From: Thermoproteota archaeon
Lineage (GTDB): Archaea > Thermoproteota > Thermoprotei_A > EX4484-217-1
Assembly (NCBI GenBank): GCA_029258915.1
Contig: JAPDJU010000005.1
Location: 265,797-329,796 of the forward strand
Length of the DNA stretch: 64,000 nucleotides
Direction of reading: 5' to 3'
Positions 9,896 to 21,370 of this stretch are shown one piece after another; the first letter of the stretch is position 1, and each line of letters starts with the position of its first letter. Below the pieces are notes generated by a model. It was not told the DNA's origin and did not search any database. It saw only the letters and a list, made by a program, of their open reading frames with translations. A program made the position numbers and the translations under genes.

Positions 9896-10884
9896 CAATA
9901 TTTCCAACTAAAAAGGTAATTGAAGTTAAAGATTTGCACGTACACTTTTACACGTATGCTGGCGTGGTTAAAGCAATCTCCGGCGTATCCTTCGAAATTT
10001 ATGAGGGAGAAACTTTCTGCCTCGTTGGCGAAACCGGTTGCGGTAAAAGCGTAACTTCAAGAGCCCTAACCAGGCTGATAGAATCTCCAGGTAGAATAGT
10101 GAAAGGACGAATAATATTTTACAGAGACAGCGGCCCAGTAGATATCATGACTTTAAGCGAAGAAGAATTAAGGGAAATTAGGGGTAGGGAAATAGCATAC
10201 ATATTTCAAGATCCTACAGCAGCCTTAGATCCCCTTTATACTGTCGGTTATCAAATAGCTGAAACCATGGTTGCCCACAGAACTGCTGACTGGAGAGAAG
10301 CATTTAGAAAAGCAATAAACATACTTAAATCAGTGATAATGCCCGATCCTGAAAGGAGGGTTAAAAATTATCCTCATGAACTCTCAGGAGGCATGAGGCA
10401 AAGAGTAGTTATTGGTGTCTCACTTTCAAACAGACCTAAGCTTTTAATAGCTGATGAGCCTACAACAAACCTTGATGTAACAATTCAAGCACAAATACTT
10501 GATCTACTAAGAAAGCTAAAGAAAAATGAGCAAATGACACTTCTCCTTATAACCCACAATATGGGTGTTGTCGCTGAAATGTGTACTAGAGTAGCAGTAA
10601 TGTATGCAGGTAAAATTGTTGAATTAGGCCCTGTAATAGATGTGTTTAAGGATCCTAGGCACCCATACACTAGGGGTCTTCTTAGAGCAGTACCTAACCC
10701 CCTAGGGAAAGTGGAAAGACTAGAATCGATTCCTGGGACTGTTCCAAACTTAATTTATCCTCCGCCGGGTTGTAGATTCCATCCAAGATGCCCATATATG
10801 ATGGAAGTTTGTAAAAGTAAGGAACCGCCCATGGTTGATTTAGGTGAAGGCCGTAAAGTAGCTTGCTGGTTATATGTAAAATAG
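9892..10884 (+). CDS. ABC transporter ATP-binding protein (DppD)
   Basis: GETGCGKS, LSGGMRQR, DEPT, HPYT, GCRFHPRC. Confidence 0.95.
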   Translation: MTIFPTKKVIEVKDLHVHFYTYAGVVKAISGVSFEIYEGETFCLVGETGCGKSVTSRALTRLIESPGRIVKGRIIFYRDSGPVDIMTLSEEELREIRGREIAYIFQDPTAALDPLYTVGYQIAETMVAHRTADWREAFRKAINILKSVIMPDPERRVKNYPHELSGGMRQRVVIGVSLSNRPKLLIADEPTTNLDVTIQAQILDLLRKLKKNEQMTLLLITHNMGVVAEMCTRVAVMYAGKIVELGPVIDVFKDPRHPYTRGLLRAVPNPLGKVERLESIPGTVPNLIYPPPGCRFHPRCPYMMEVCKSKEPPMVDLGEGRKVACWLYVK

Positions 10885-10893
10885 GTGGAACAT

Positions 10894-11865
10894 ATGAGTG
10901 AAACATTGATTAAAGTGGTAAATCTAAAGAAGTATTTTCCAATCAGAGGTATTTTCTTTACAAAAGCACGTGTCAAAGCTGTTGATGGCGTGACATTTGA
11001 TATTAGACGAGGAGAAACCTTAGGTTTAGTAGGTGAGTCTGGGTGTGGTAAAACAACCACAGGAAGACTTATCTTAAGGCTTTTAAAACCAACAGCAGGT
11101 CACGTATATTTTGAAGGTAAAGATGTTTTTAAATTAAAAGGAGAAGAACTTAAAAAATTTAGAAAAAGCGCCCAAATAATACTTCAAGACCCATATACTT
11201 CGCTTAATCCTCGAATGACAGTTTTTGAAATAATAAACGAAGCATTAGAAGTACATAAGATGAAAATCTCAGATAAGGAAGAATTTATAGTTAATTGGCT
11301 TAGAAAGGTAGGTTTAGAAAAACACCACCTATACAGGTATCCTCACGAATTTAGCGGGGGTCAGAGGCAAAGAATAGCTATTGTTAGAGCCTTGGTCATA
11401 AATCCAAAATTTGTAATTTTAGACGAACCTACATCTGCACTCGATGTCTCCGTTCAAGCACAAATATTGAACATGCTAAAAGATTTCCAAAGAGAAATGA
11501 GCTTAACATACCTATTTATATCGCATGATTTAGGTATTGTAAAATATATGAGTACGAGAATTGCGGTAATGTATTTAGGTAAAATAGTTGAACTAGCACC
11601 AGCCGACGAACTATTTGAAAAACCACAGCACCCATACTCCCAAATGTTACTGGCATCTATACCTATACCGGATCCAGAATACGCTTTGAAGAAACCTAAA
11701 GTAAGAGTTTATGGGGAGCCTCCAAGCCCTATAAATCCACCGCCAGGCTGTAGATTCCATCCAAGATGCGAACATGTCATGGAGATATGTAGTAAGGAGG
11801 AACCACCATTCATTGAAGTTGAAAGAGACCACTATGTTGCATGCTGGCTTTACGCTAAACGTTAG
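10894..11865 (+). CDS. ABC transporter ATP-binding protein (DppF)
   Basis: GESGCGKT, FSGGQRQR, DEPT, HPY, GCRFHPRC. Confidence 0.95.
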   Translation: MSETLIKVVNLKKYFPIRGIFFTKARVKAVDGVTFDIRRGETLGLVGESGCGKTTTGRLILRLLKPTAGHVYFEGKDVFKLKGEELKKFRKSAQIILQDPYTSLNPRMTVFEIINEALEVHKMKISDKEEFIVNWLRKVGLEKHHLYRYPHEFSGGQRQRIAIVRALVINPKFVILDEPTSALDVSVQAQILNMLKDFQREMSLTYLFISHDLGIVKYMSTRIAVMYLGKIVELAPADELFEKPQHPYSQMLLASIPIPDPEYALKKPKVRVYGEPPSPINPPPGCRFHPRCEHVMEICSKEEPPFIEVERDHYVACWLYAKR

Positions 11866-12548
11866 ATTTTCCTTAGAATACCTTCAATATAGTTTTTCAG
11901 ATCATCGCTTGAATTAATAAACCTTGTATAAATTACGTTTTCCTTTGGTGTGCTCTCTGTTCCGTCATAAAAAACTATTCTTTCCTTTTTCGGTATCACA
12001 TAAAATGGGCAATAAATTATTGATCCAGCGTCTTTAAATAATTTTATCTGTTCTCTAGAAGTTTTCTCATTTATTCCGAATCCTTCATTTAAAAGAGCCT
12101 TAACCATGAATATTCCTTGCTTATCGAACTTTTGAGGTCTAAGTATCTTTAAGATCCATTTAGCTCCTTCATCTACAGGGTAGGCCATATACTTACTCCA
12201 TAAATGTAGCTTTTTAGCATAATCGGATATCTTTCTGGTAAGCCTTTTAGATTCGAAATGAAGAATCTTAGCATAATTAAGTAGTTCACCTAAAATTGTT
12301 TCGGCATCCGTTTTTAATGGTTCTTGAATATACCCTCTAACAAAAGATTTTGGTATGTCAGTTAGAAGTTTAATGCTGAGTTTTCTTGACAATAAAATTT
12401 TAAAGTAACCACATGATGTTTTTTCAGATAATCCTACATCAACGAGCATATCATATTTTCGCCAACCTATACCATACGATAGTCTAATGTAAGGCTCCCA
12501 GAATAAAAGACCTTTAACATTCCTAGTTCTTAACTTTAGTGTTAGCAT
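11862..12548 (-). CDS. Hypothetical protein
   Basis: 228-aa ORF filling the gap between two operons; no motif recognised. Confidence 0.65.
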   Translation of the reverse strand: MLTLKLRTRNVKGLLFWEPYIRLSYGIGWRKYDMLVDVGLSEKTSCGYFKILLSRKLSIKLLTDIPKSFVRGYIQEPLKTDAETILGELLNYAKILHFESKRLTRKISDYAKKLHLWSKYMAYPVDEGAKWILKILRPQKFDKQGIFMVKALLNEGFGINEKTSREQIKLFKDAGSIIYCPFYVIPKKERIVFYDGTESTPKENVIYTRFINSSDDLKNYIEGILRKI

Positions 12549-12703
12549 TCCCTAACCTCTAACTCCCATATGTCGTCACTTGAGTATTTAAAGCTGTTTT
12601 AATAGATCATATTTCGTCCACTGCTGAATTTCTGCCATACCGGAAAGACTTTTAAGATTTTATGTTAAAAAAGGATTAGTGCATTAATAAACGGTGTTAA
12701 GCT

Positions 12704-13768
12704 ATGAAGTCTATAAAAGATGTAGGCATTGTCAGTTGGGGGGTTTATTTTCCTAAATACAGAATCAAATGTTCTGATATAGGCAAGGTCTGGGGTTTTC
12801 CTCCCCAATACTCTGATGGACTTCGTGTTTATGAGAAAACTGTAGCAAATATTGATGAAGACACTATTACAATGGGCTGGGAGGCTGCAAGATATGCTGT
12901 AGCTAGAGCAAAAATAGATCCTAAAGAAATAGAAGCCATATATGTAGGTACAGAATCTAAACCTTATGCTGTTAAACCCTCTATAACGATCATTGCTGAG
13001 GCATTAGGTATAACACCTAAAACTTTAGGAGCAGATTTAGAGTTTGCTTGTCGGGCTGCAAGCGAAGCCATGGAAGCATCAATAGGATTAATATCCTCAG
13101 GTATGATAAAATACTCTTTAGTTATAGGTTCCGATACTGCACAGGCTTCTCCAGGTGATGTGCTAGAATTTACAGCTTCAAGTGGTGCAGCAGCTTTTAT
13201 ACTGGGCTTGAGAAGCGAAAATATTGTAGCATATTTTGAGGGTTCATATAGCTATATTACGGATACACCTGACTTCTGGAGAAGATCTTTAGCACAATAC
13301 CCTATGCATGGTGAGCAGTTTACAGGAGACCCTGCATACTTTGCTCATATCATTTCAGCAGTGAAAGGGCTTATGGAAGAGCTTGGTTTTAAGCCTTCGG
13401 ATTTTGACTATGTTGTCTTCCATCAACCTAACGGTAGATTTCCTTTAAAAGCCGCCGCCAGGCTAGGTTTCTCAAAAGAAAAGGTTTTACCGGGATTAAT
13501 AACGCCAATGATAGGTAATACATATAATGGATCAGCACTAATAGGTCTGGCTGCAGTATTAGAAGTAGCAAACCCTGGTCAAAGAATTCTTTTAGTTCCT
13601 TTTGGAAGTGGCGCTGGTAGTGATGCTTACAGTATCATTGTGGAGGAAGGTGTCAAGGAAAAAATACACTTAGCACCTACAGTTAAAGAACTACTTGAAG
13701 ATAAGGAATACGTAGATTACACATGTTATTCTAAATATAGAGGTTTAACCTCTAAGTTCAATTTCTAA
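12704..13768 (+). CDS. hmgB: Hydroxymethylglutaryl-CoA synthase (archaeal)
   Basis: DEDTITM, GTESKPYAVKP, catalytic EFAC, DTPDFWRR, FHQPNG, GNTY, FGSGAGS. Confidence 0.95.
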   Translation: MKSIKDVGIVSWGVYFPKYRIKCSDIGKVWGFPPQYSDGLRVYEKTVANIDEDTITMGWEAARYAVARAKIDPKEIEAIYVGTESKPYAVKPSITIIAEALGITPKTLGADLEFACRAASEAMEASIGLISSGMIKYSLVIGSDTAQASPGDVLEFTASSGAAAFILGLRSENIVAYFEGSYSYITDTPDFWRRSLAQYPMHGEQFTGDPAYFAHIISAVKGLMEELGFKPSDFDYVVFHQPNGRFPLKAAARLGFSKEKVLPGLITPMIGNTYNGSALIGLAAVLEVANPGQRILLVPFGSGAGSDAYSIIVEEGVKEKIHLAPTVKELLEDKEYVDYTCYSKYRGLTSKFNF

Positions 13769-13782
13769 GAGGGCTATTAGCT

Positions 13783-14931
13783 ATGAGTAAAATATACATT
13801 GTAGGTGTAGGTCTAACAAAGATTGGAAGATTTTTTGACAAAGGTTTAAGAGAACTTTTTGCTGAAGCTGCTTCTAAAGCATTAGAAGAAATAGGTAATG
13901 AAAACGTTCAAGCCCTTATCGTAGGAAACATGATGAGCAGTTCGCTTAGTGAGCAAGACAATTTAGGTGCTCTATTAGCCGACCATGCTGGATTAGGAAA
14001 AATACCTGCGTTTAAAGTTGAAGCAGCATGTGGTAGTGGAGGAGCTGCAGTTTACACCGGTTACTCACTAATTGCTTCAGGGCTTTTTGATGTTGTTATG
14101 GTTGGAGGCGTTGAAAAGCAAACAGAGTATCCTACAAGAATAGTTTCTAAAGCGTTAGCGCAAGCAGCCGATGCTGAATATGAGCTATTTTATGGGATAA
14201 GTTTCACAGGATTAAACGCCTTAATTATGAGACTATACATGGATACGTATAATGTTTCAAGAGACGAAATGTCAGTATGGCCTGTTTTAATGCATAAAAA
14301 TGCTTCCAAGAATCCTTACGCGCAGCTTAGATTTGAAGTAACTAAAGACCAGGTAGCTAAATCAATTGTTATAGCTGACCCTATTAGGCTTCTAGATTCA
14401 AGCCCTATAGGCGACGGAGCTGCAGCGCTGATTTTGGCTTCAGAAAAAGTAGCTAGAAAGTTATCAGATACTCCCATAGAGGTAGCCGGAATAGGTATGG
14501 CAACAGACCACATATATGTAGCATATAGGGAAAACCTACTATCTCTTGAAGCAACAGTTTTATCAGCAAAAGGTGCCTATAGGATGGCCAAAATTGAACC
14601 TAAAGACATAGATGTAGCTGAAGTGCATGATGCATTTACTGTACTTGGCTTCATAAACATGGAAGATTTAGGCTTTTCTGAAAGAGGTAAAACACCAAAA
14701 CTCATGGATGAAGGAAGGTTTTGGCCTGGGGATAAACCAACAGTAAACCCAAGCGGAGGGCTTAAGGCTAGGGGGCATCCAGTTGGAGCTACTGGGGTTT
14801 ACCAAGTTGCTGAAGTAGCTATGCAGCTTAGAGGAGATTTTCCAGGCATTAAAGTTGAAGGTGATGTTGGTTTAGCGCAGAGCATAGGAGGCTTAGGAAC
14901 AACAGTTACTACATTAGTTCTTAAGAGGTGA
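13783..14931 (+). CDS. Acetoacetyl-CoA thiolase
   Basis: VEAACGSG, EVHDAFT, NPSGGLKARGHPVGATG. Confidence 0.93.
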   Translation: MSKIYIVGVGLTKIGRFFDKGLRELFAEAASKALEEIGNENVQALIVGNMMSSSLSEQDNLGALLADHAGLGKIPAFKVEAACGSGGAAVYTGYSLIASGLFDVVMVGGVEKQTEYPTRIVSKALAQAADAEYELFYGISFTGLNALIMRLYMDTYNVSRDEMSVWPVLMHKNASKNPYAQLRFEVTKDQVAKSIVIADPIRLLDSSPIGDGAAALILASEKVARKLSDTPIEVAGIGMATDHIYVAYRENLLSLEATVLSAKGAYRMAKIEPKDIDVAEVHDAFTVLGFINMEDLGFSERGKTPKLMDEGRFWPGDKPTVNPSGGLKARGHPVGATGVYQVAEVAMQLRGDFPGIKVEGDVGLAQSIGGLGTTVTTLVLKR

Positions 14932-14943
14932 TGAAATATTTCT

Positions 14944-15402
14944 ATGAAAATTTCTGTTCCAAGGGTTTGGAGGGAACTCAAATCACATTACCTTCTTGAA
15001 GCATCAGTATGTACGAAATGCGGAAAAATACACTATCCTCCAAGAACGATATGTGATAATTGTAAAAACCATAAACTAATAAGGAGAAAACTTAGCGGTG
15101 AAGGAGAAGTACTAACATACACCGTTCAATATGTAGTTCTTGAAGGCTATAGAGAACACGCACCGATAATATTTGCTATAGTTAAGCTTAAAGAAGGAGT
15201 AAATGTTCTAGCTCCGCTAACCGATGTCAAACCTGAAAATGTTAGGGTAGGTTTGAAAGTTACGGCTGTTTTAAGAAAAATAACAGAAGATGGAGATTTA
15301 GGCCTTATAAAGTATGGTATTAAATTTAAACCCATGAAAGAATTTAGGAATGAGGGAAACGTGGCTTATGAAAGCGAAAAAAGAACTAGAAAAAATAGTT
15401 AA
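14944..15402 (+). CDS. DUF35 family Zn-ribbon/OB-fold scaffold of thiolase-HMGS complex
   Basis: CTKCG..YPPR..CDNC, OB fold, YGIKF; conserved context with HMGS/thiolase. Confidence 0.9.
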   Translation: MKISVPRVWRELKSHYLLEASVCTKCGKIHYPPRTICDNCKNHKLIRRKLSGEGEVLTYTVQYVVLEGYREHAPIIFAIVKLKEGVNVLAPLTDVKPENVRVGLKVTAVLRKITEDGDLGLIKYGIKFKPMKEFRNEGNVAYESEKRTRKNS

Positions 15403-16624
15403 TAAGGTGTTGAAAGGGGAAATAAAGCTCCATGAGCTTGACGAAATTCTCGGGAATAGTAACATAGCAGTTCTAGTTAGAAGATTATCGATAGAAAAAA
15501 TGCTTAACATACAACTGCCAAACATAGGATTTACAACGATAGATTGGAATGAGGTTGTTGGAAGAAACATAGAGAACCCTATAGGGGCAGTTCAAATACC
15601 TGTAGGAATAGCAGGACCCCTTAAAATACATGGTAATTATGCTAAAGGAGAGTTTTACATACCATTGGCAACATCCGAGGGAGCACTTGTAGCTAGTGTT
15701 AATAGAGGATGTAAAGCCATAACATTAAGCGGTGGCGCTAAAGTTAAAATATTAAGCGACACCATGAGCAGAGCACCAATATTTAAAACACCAAGTATAG
15801 ATGAAGCCCTCAAGCTTGTAAAATGGGTTAGAGAACATTTTAACGAAGTTAAAGTTGAAGCCGAATCTACAACAAGATATGGTAAGCTTTTACGAATAGA
15901 TTCGTTTATCATAGGAAATAACGTGTGGTTAAGATTCATTTACAGCACAGGAGATGCAATGGGCATGAACATGGTTACTATAGCTACAGATAAAGCCTGC
16001 AAGTACATAGAGGAAAAACTAGGTTTCAAATGTGTTTCTTTAAGTGGAAATTTGTGCGTGGATAAAAAACCATCACTTATGAACATGCTTTTCGGCAGAG
16101 GAAAAACGGTTGTTGCTGAAGCAGTGATTAAGGAAAATGTAGTTAAAGAAGTTCTTAAAACTTCACCTGAAGACCTTGTTGATGTAAATCTAAGAAAGAA
16201 CCTTTTAGGATCAGCTAGAGCCGGCAGTTTAAGCTTTAATGCGCATTATGCTAATATTGTAGCAGCTATATTCGTAGCTACAGGTCAAGACGTAGCACAA
16301 GTTGTTGAAAGTAGTATGGGATATACGTGGGCAGAAATAGTGAATAACAATGATCTTTATATTTCAGTAACTCTTCCAAGCTTAGAAGTAGGAACCGTAG
16401 GTGGAGGAACAAGGCTACCTACTCAAAGAGAAACATTGCAAATACTAGGAGTATATGGACCAGGAAATCCTCCAGGAGCAAATGCTAAAAAATTCGCTGA
16501 AATAGTCGCAGCGGTTATTTTAGCTGGCGAGCTCAGCTTACTAGCTGCCTTATCTGCAGGGCATTTAGCGGAAGCACATCGAAGATTGGGAAGAGGCTTG
16601 TCTAAGAAGTCTAAAAAACAATAA
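15350..16624 (+). CDS. hmgA: HMG-CoA reductase (class I, NADPH)
   Basis: [45 protein letters not shown]; start may be 15368. Confidence 0.95.
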   Translation: MRETWLMKAKKELEKIVNKVLKGEIKLHELDEILGNSNIAVLVRRLSIEKMLNIQLPNIGFTTIDWNEVVGRNIENPIGAVQIPVGIAGPLKIHGNYAKGEFYIPLATSEGALVASVNRGCKAITLSGGAKVKILSDTMSRAPIFKTPSIDEALKLVKWVREHFNEVKVEAESTTRYGKLLRIDSFIIGNNVWLRFIYSTGDAMGMNMVTIATDKACKYIEEKLGFKCVSLSGNLCVDKKPSLMNMLFGRGKTVVAEAVIKENVVKEVLKTSPEDLVDVNLRKNLLGSARAGSLSFNAHYANIVAAIFVATGQDVAQVVESSMGYTWAEIVNNNDLYISVTLPSLEVGTVGGGTRLPTQRETLQILGVYGPGNPPGANAKKFAEIVAAVILAGELSLLAALSAGHLAEAHRRLGRGLSKKSKKQ

Positions 16625-17390
16625 CAATCAGTTTTTCTTGCAGCTTCTTTAACACTCCTATGTTTACATGGTTAACATCTATTTCCACAAACGCTTTCTT
16701 AAAATTAAGTGTTTTAAAAAATTCTAAGACTGTCTCATTAAAGGTAGCATTGCTTAGACAGGAAACATTCCATACCTTAGCAGACTTTGCATCCTTTAAC
16801 TGCTTAAAACTTATGTTTATTTCTACTTTTTCTATGTTTTCTCTAGTATACTTAATCTCTAAGGCACTTCTTCCTATCCTACTAAATGGTATGTTTAAGG
16901 AATTAAGTACATTTGTCAATATATCACATAGGCAATGGTCGAATCTAACTATAGCGTTTGTTGTTAAAGATTTTAGAATATTTGTAATTTTAGAAACGAT
17001 AGGTGCAGCTAGAATTTCAGTTACAGCATATTCGCTTGGTAAGATAGTAACACAGTCAATAGGTACGGAAACATATGTTCTAGCTAAACCACTAATGTCA
17101 TAAGTGAAAAGTTTGTCGTTACATGTAGGGCCGAGAAGCACATACTTACCCACAACATTGCTTGAGATATTAAATCCTTTATCGACTATTACTCCTAAAC
17201 CTATACTTGAAAGTATGAATGGCTTAGGTAATTTGGGCTTTATCCTTCCTAATACGATATAGAAATCAAGAGGTGTAAGTAAGGTTCTCCTCACTCTAAC
17301 AAGAATATTTGATGGGTAAAGTATCTCAATAAAGTGTTCTTCAATAGCTAGATCTCTATCACCATGGGTTATAAGGGACACTGCTACCAT
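16611..17390 (-). CDS. Degenerate MDR/GroES-like alcohol dehydrogenase-domain protein
   Basis: ILVRV...PLDFY...G...PKLPKPFIL...GVIVDKG resembles ADH N-domain but lacks catalytic Zn Cys/GHE and Rossmann glycine motif. Confidence 0.5.
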   Translation of the reverse strand: MVAVSLITHGDRDLAIEEHFIEILYPSNILVRVRRTLLTPLDFYIVLGRIKPKLPKPFILSSIGLGVIVDKGFNISSNVVGKYVLLGPTCNDKLFTYDISGLARTYVSVPIDCVTILPSEYAVTEILAAPIVSKITNILKSLTTNAIVRFDHCLCDILTNVLNSLNIPFSRIGRSALEIKYTRENIEKVEINISFKQLKDAKSAKVWNVSCLSNATFNETVLEFFKTLNFKKAFVEIDVNHVNIGVLKKLQEKLIVIVF

Positions 17391-17468
17391 AATTTTTATG
17401 CCCTAATAATGTTAGATGTCTTTAAGCTTTAATAGCAGTTATCCCTAATTTTCCACACGGTTAGCCTC

Positions 17469-18284
17469 ATGAATATTGGAAAACTGTTTGAAAATGTTGA
17501 GAAACCGATCATAGGTGTGGTACATTTAAAACCTCTTCCAGGAAGCCCGCTGTATAAAGGGGATTTTGAAGAAGTGTATGAAGCTGCTTTAAGAGATGCT
17601 GACGCGCTTTACTCAGGCGATGTTGATGGAATTATTATTGAAAATTATGGTGATAAACCCTATGTTATCTATGTTAAAAACCCATTAACCCTAACGGCAA
17701 TGTCAATAATAGCATATGAGGTAAGAAGAAAATATAATGACATTTACTTAGGGATAAACGTACTTAGGAATTCAGGTGTTGAAGCATTAGCTATAGCTTA
17801 TAATGTAAAAGCAAATTTCATTAGAGTTAATAATTTATGTCAAATGTTGGTATCTCCTGAGGGACTGTTGTATCCTATTGCAGAAAAAATAATACGTTTA
17901 AGAGAATACCTCAAAGCATCAATAAAGATCCTAGCAGATATCAATGTAAAACATGCTTCACCCCTAGATGCTAGAAGTATTGAATATGTAGCTAAAGATT
18001 GCGTTGAAAGATGCTTAGCTGATGCATTAATAATAACGGGTTCTAGAACAGGTGAAGAAGCAAGTATTAACGATCTAGTTAAAGTAAAGAAAGCAGTATC
18101 GGAACCTGTTCTGGTAGGTAGCGGGATAACTTTACATAACATAAGCAAGTACTGGAAATTTGCTGATGGATTTATTGTAGGAACCTATTTTAAGCTCCAT
18201 GAAAAAACAGAAAACCCCGTAGATTACAGTAAAGTAGTAAAACTTATGAAATACGTCAAGTCTTTAAGAGAGGTATCAAACTAA
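17469..18284 (+). CDS. BtpA/SgcQ family TIM-barrel protein
   Basis: IGVVHLKPLPGSP, IENYGDKPY, GINVLRN, ADINVKHA, DGFIVGT. Confidence 0.92.
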   Translation: MNIGKLFENVEKPIIGVVHLKPLPGSPLYKGDFEEVYEAALRDADALYSGDVDGIIIENYGDKPYVIYVKNPLTLTAMSIIAYEVRRKYNDIYLGINVLRNSGVEALAIAYNVKANFIRVNNLCQMLVSPEGLLYPIAEKIIRLREYLKASIKILADINVKHASPLDARSIEYVAKDCVERCLADALIITGSRTGEEASINDLVKVKKAVSEPVLVGSGITLHNISKYWKFADGFIVGTYFKLHEKTENPVDYSKVVKLMKYVKSLREVSN

Positions 18285-18919
18285 TGTATAGCTTAATAGT
18301 TCTTGCCGGAGGATTTTCTAAACGTCTAAGTAATGTATTTAAACCTCTAGTAAGATTAAAGAATAAACCTTTAATTGAAATATTACTTAGTAACTTAAAC
18401 GAATTGTTTAAAGAAATAATTATTGTAGTAAAATATTATGAGCAGAAAAAAGCTATTGAAAAAACATTGCATCATAGGATCAGCATTACTTATGTTCTAG
18501 ATGATGGGCTATTTGAAGATGGGCCATTGGTTGCAATGTATTCTGGAGCGAAAAAAGCACATTATCATAAACTGTTTATTACAGCATCTGATTATCCTTT
18601 TCTCTCAACATATATAGTCAAGAAGTTGCTAGAAAAACTTAATGACTATGAGGCAGTTGTCCCCATATGGCCTAATGGATACATAGAACCTTTAGCTGCC
18701 TCATATAAGAAAATGCCTTTAATAAAATATTCTTATGAAGCTCTTATGAAAGGTGAAAGAAGGGCAAGAGCACCACTAAACTATATGAAAACATACTATG
18801 TTAATGTTTACGAGTTAACATACACTCCGGAGATAGTTTTTCATAACATAAACACGGAGAAAGATTTAATGTTAGCTGAGAAAATTATAGAAAAATTTTT
18901 CAGTCGGGAGTTCGTCTAA
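18284..18919 (+). CDS. mobA: Molybdenum cofactor guanylyltransferase-like NTP transferase
   Basis: VLAGGFSKR, GPL, SDYPF, EPLAA, NINT. Confidence 0.8.
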   Translation: MYSLIVLAGGFSKRLSNVFKPLVRLKNKPLIEILLSNLNELFKEIIIVVKYYEQKKAIEKTLHHRISITYVLDDGLFEDGPLVAMYSGAKKAHYHKLFITASDYPFLSTYIVKKLLEKLNDYEAVVPIWPNGYIEPLAASYKKMPLIKYSYEALMKGERRARAPLNYMKTYYVNVYELTYTPEIVFHNINTEKDLMLAEKIIEKFFSREFV

Positions 18920-18951
18920 TCATCCTTCATAAAGCGGCAGAGCTTCATCAT
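18904..18951 (-). ncRNA. C/D-box sRNA candidate, antisense to mobA 3' end
   Basis: Minus strand: ATGATGA - AGCTCTGCCGCTTT - ATGA - AGGATGA - TTAGACGAACTC - CCGA. Confidence 0.55.
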
Positions 18952-19004
18952 CTAATTAGAACTTAGTTTTCAATAAATTTTAAATTTGACTCCCATACTT
19001 AGAT

Positions 19005-20219
19005 GTGGAATGGATGTTAATGGGTGGTTCTATGAGGTTCTATACTGCTAATGAGGACGAAATAGTTGAAGGCAAAGCTACTGACGTTTACTTCTTAAGA
19101 ACAGAGAAGATTTTGAGAGAGAAAGGATTAGCAAACATTAAAGTTAAAATGGAATTTCATTCTCATAACCTACCTAAAGGATACAAGTGGGCTATTTTCT
19201 CAGGTCTTGAAGAAGTATTAAGAGTTCTAGAAGGAAAACCTGTGAATGTTTGGGCTTTACCTGAAGGAACAGTATTTAAGTCTCAAGAACCGTTAATGAT
19301 TATTGAAGGAAAATATGCAGATATAGCTACGCTTGAAACGCCGCTGCTAGGGATTCTTAGACATTATGGTAGCATATCAACTGCTGCAGCTAGAATTAAA
19401 AGAATAGTTGGAGACAAAACAGTTCTATTCTTTGGTTTAAGAGCATTACACCCAGTACTGCAACCAATGGCTGATAGAGCGGCATACATTGGAGGCTTGG
19501 ATGGGGTCTCTGGAGTTCTTAGCGAAAAATATTTAGGGTTAAAACCTATGGGAACTATGCCTCATGCTTTAATAATAGTTTTCGGTAAACATGAAGAAGC
19601 ATGGAAAGCATTCGACGAAGTAATGCCCGAGGATGTTCCGAGAATAGCTTTAGTAGATACCTTTTATGATGAGAGAGAAGAGTCTTTAATGGCAGCTAGG
19701 CTTCTCAAAGAGAAGCTTTACGGTGTAAGATTAGATACTCCAAGCAGTAGAAGAGGCAGTATGTTAGAAATCGCTAGAGAAGTCCGTTGGACCCTTGACA
19801 TTCATGGATTTAAGCATGTTAAAATATTCATAAGCGGTGGTATAAATGAGGAAAACATTAAAGTGCTTAAAGAAGTAGCTGATGGGTTTGGTGTAGGAAC
19901 TTCAATTGCTTTCCCTAAGTCCATAGACATAAGTGCTGATGTTGTTGAAGTATTTAGAAACGATAAATGGGAGTTTATTGCTAAAAGAGGTAAGCTTCCG
20001 GGAGCAAAACAACTACATGTATGTCCAAATCATATTGATGAGCGTAAAATATCCTTATTAAGTGAGGAGAAAGAGTTCACATGTTCTAAATGCGGTTCTA
20101 CACTTAAACCGGTAATGGTGAAGTATATAGACCAAGGCAAACTTGTTAGAAAACTGCCTAAGCTAAGTGATATTAGAAAATATGTTTTAAATCAAATCTT
20201 TAAATTACCTGAACCCTAA
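19005..20219 (+). CDS. pncB: Nicotinate phosphoribosyltransferase
   Basis: [35 protein letters not shown]; true start may be 19020-19032. Confidence 0.92.
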   Translation: MEWMLMGGSMRFYTANEDEIVEGKATDVYFLRTEKILREKGLANIKVKMEFHSHNLPKGYKWAIFSGLEEVLRVLEGKPVNVWALPEGTVFKSQEPLMIIEGKYADIATLETPLLGILRHYGSISTAAARIKRIVGDKTVLFFGLRALHPVLQPMADRAAYIGGLDGVSGVLSEKYLGLKPMGTMPHALIIVFGKHEEAWKAFDEVMPEDVPRIALVDTFYDEREESLMAARLLKEKLYGVRLDTPSSRRGSMLEIAREVRWTLDIHGFKHVKIFISGGINEENIKVLKEVADGFGVGTSIAFPKSIDISADVVEVFRNDKWEFIAKRGKLPGAKQLHVCPNHIDERKISLLSEEKEFTCSKCGSTLKPVMVKYIDQGKLVRKLPKLSDIRKYVLNQIFKLPEP

Positions 20220-20866
20220 ACTTCTTCTTCAATTTCTTTCTCTAATGGCTTTACTAGGCAAAGGTATTTTCTCCTATACCTTCCCGGTTTTGCCAATATT
20301 TCTATACCATCATAGTCTGCATTGTAAAGTCTTAAAGCATATTTTGTCGGATCCATATTATACTCTGAAATTAATTTCCTCATAGCATTTATCAGTATCT
20401 GTATAGCATTTTTTAATTTAGTAGTCTTAGACCTTAATTCATCAATGTGTTCTTCATAAAACCTGTAGATTTTTCTTACACCAATAATGTTCATTAGTGT
20501 TGAAGTATATACTATTACAAGACCGACTAAAAGTATTAGCCAGGGGAGAATACCGTATCCGGGCAAGTAGACGAGAACAGCACTTACAAATAGTATAGGA
20601 ACACCTGCATAAACTAAATACTTTGACATGCTTAGTCTCTTATACCACTTAAACATTCTTCCATTCTTCAGAGGAAAGCGAAGAATAATTTCTAGTATTC
20701 TTCTTACAGACTTCCATTTTAATGGAATATCGAACGATAATTCGTAAAATGCACTTTCAATAGGCTTTATAGACTTAACCTTACCTACACGGTAAGAATC
20801 TAGTGACTCTATTATGAATATGATGTTTTTGAGGTCACGTTTAACTACTTTATCTGCTTTAACCAT
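20216..20866 (-). CDS. Hypothetical membrane protein (2 TM)
   Basis: 216-aa ORF, central hydrophobic hairpin, AGGTGA upstream. Confidence 0.7.
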   Translation of the reverse strand: MVKADKVVKRDLKNIIFIIESLDSYRVGKVKSIKPIESAFYELSFDIPLKWKSVRRILEIILRFPLKNGRMFKWYKRLSMSKYLVYAGVPILFVSAVLVYLPGYGILPWLILLVGLVIVYTSTLMNIIGVRKIYRFYEEHIDELRSKTTKLKNAIQILINAMRKLISEYNMDPTKYALRLYNADYDGIEILAKPGRYRRKYLCLVKPLEKEIEEEV

Positions 20867-20895
20867 ATAGGCTCACCTATGTTAAGAATAGGTAT

Positions 20896-21351
20896 TTAAC
20901 ATAGACCAGTGTTTATGAATCTTTTAAGTTTTTTCTTATATTCTTCATCAAGACAGTTATCAATAAATATTGTTAGGAGAGCTATTTTACTGGCTGTCTC
21001 TGGAGATAGATCATGTTCCATCATGCAGGCATCTTTTTCGGCTATTTCTTCAGTTATTTCTAAGATGCCCATAAGCAGATGTTTAAGAACTTTCCAGCGT
21101 TCATATAACTCTTTGGCTATTCTCTCTCCTCTTTTGGTTAAGTCTATGTAACCGTATTTTTCATAATGTACTAACCCCATTTTGGAAAGTTTCTTCATAG
21201 CGTCTGTGACGCTAGGCATAGTTACTTTTAAGTCTGAAGCTATTTCTTTAACACGAATTACCTTTTTCCCTTGCTCAATCTTTAACTTATATATTGTCTT
21301 TAAATACTCTTGCATTGTCCTAGTTAAAGCCAGTTTAACCACCTTATACAT
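20896..21351 (-). CDS. DtxR/MntR family metal-dependent transcriptional regulator
   Basis: QEYLKTIY, HTH VKEIASDLKVTMPSVT, LTKRG, DACMMEH metal site. Confidence 0.92.
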   Translation of the reverse strand: MYKVVKLALTRTMQEYLKTIYKLKIEQGKKVIRVKEIASDLKVTMPSVTDAMKKLSKMGLVHYEKYGYIDLTKRGERIAKELYERWKVLKHLLMGILEITEEIAEKDACMMEHDLSPETASKIALLTIFIDNCLDEEYKKKLKRFINTGLC

Positions 21352-21370
21352 AGTTACCTATGTAACTTTT

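Noticed and set aside
14929-14943. TGA stops as possible selenocysteine readthrough (thiolase and others)
   Set aside because: Proteins are full length at the stop; no SECIS-like element or continuing homology seen
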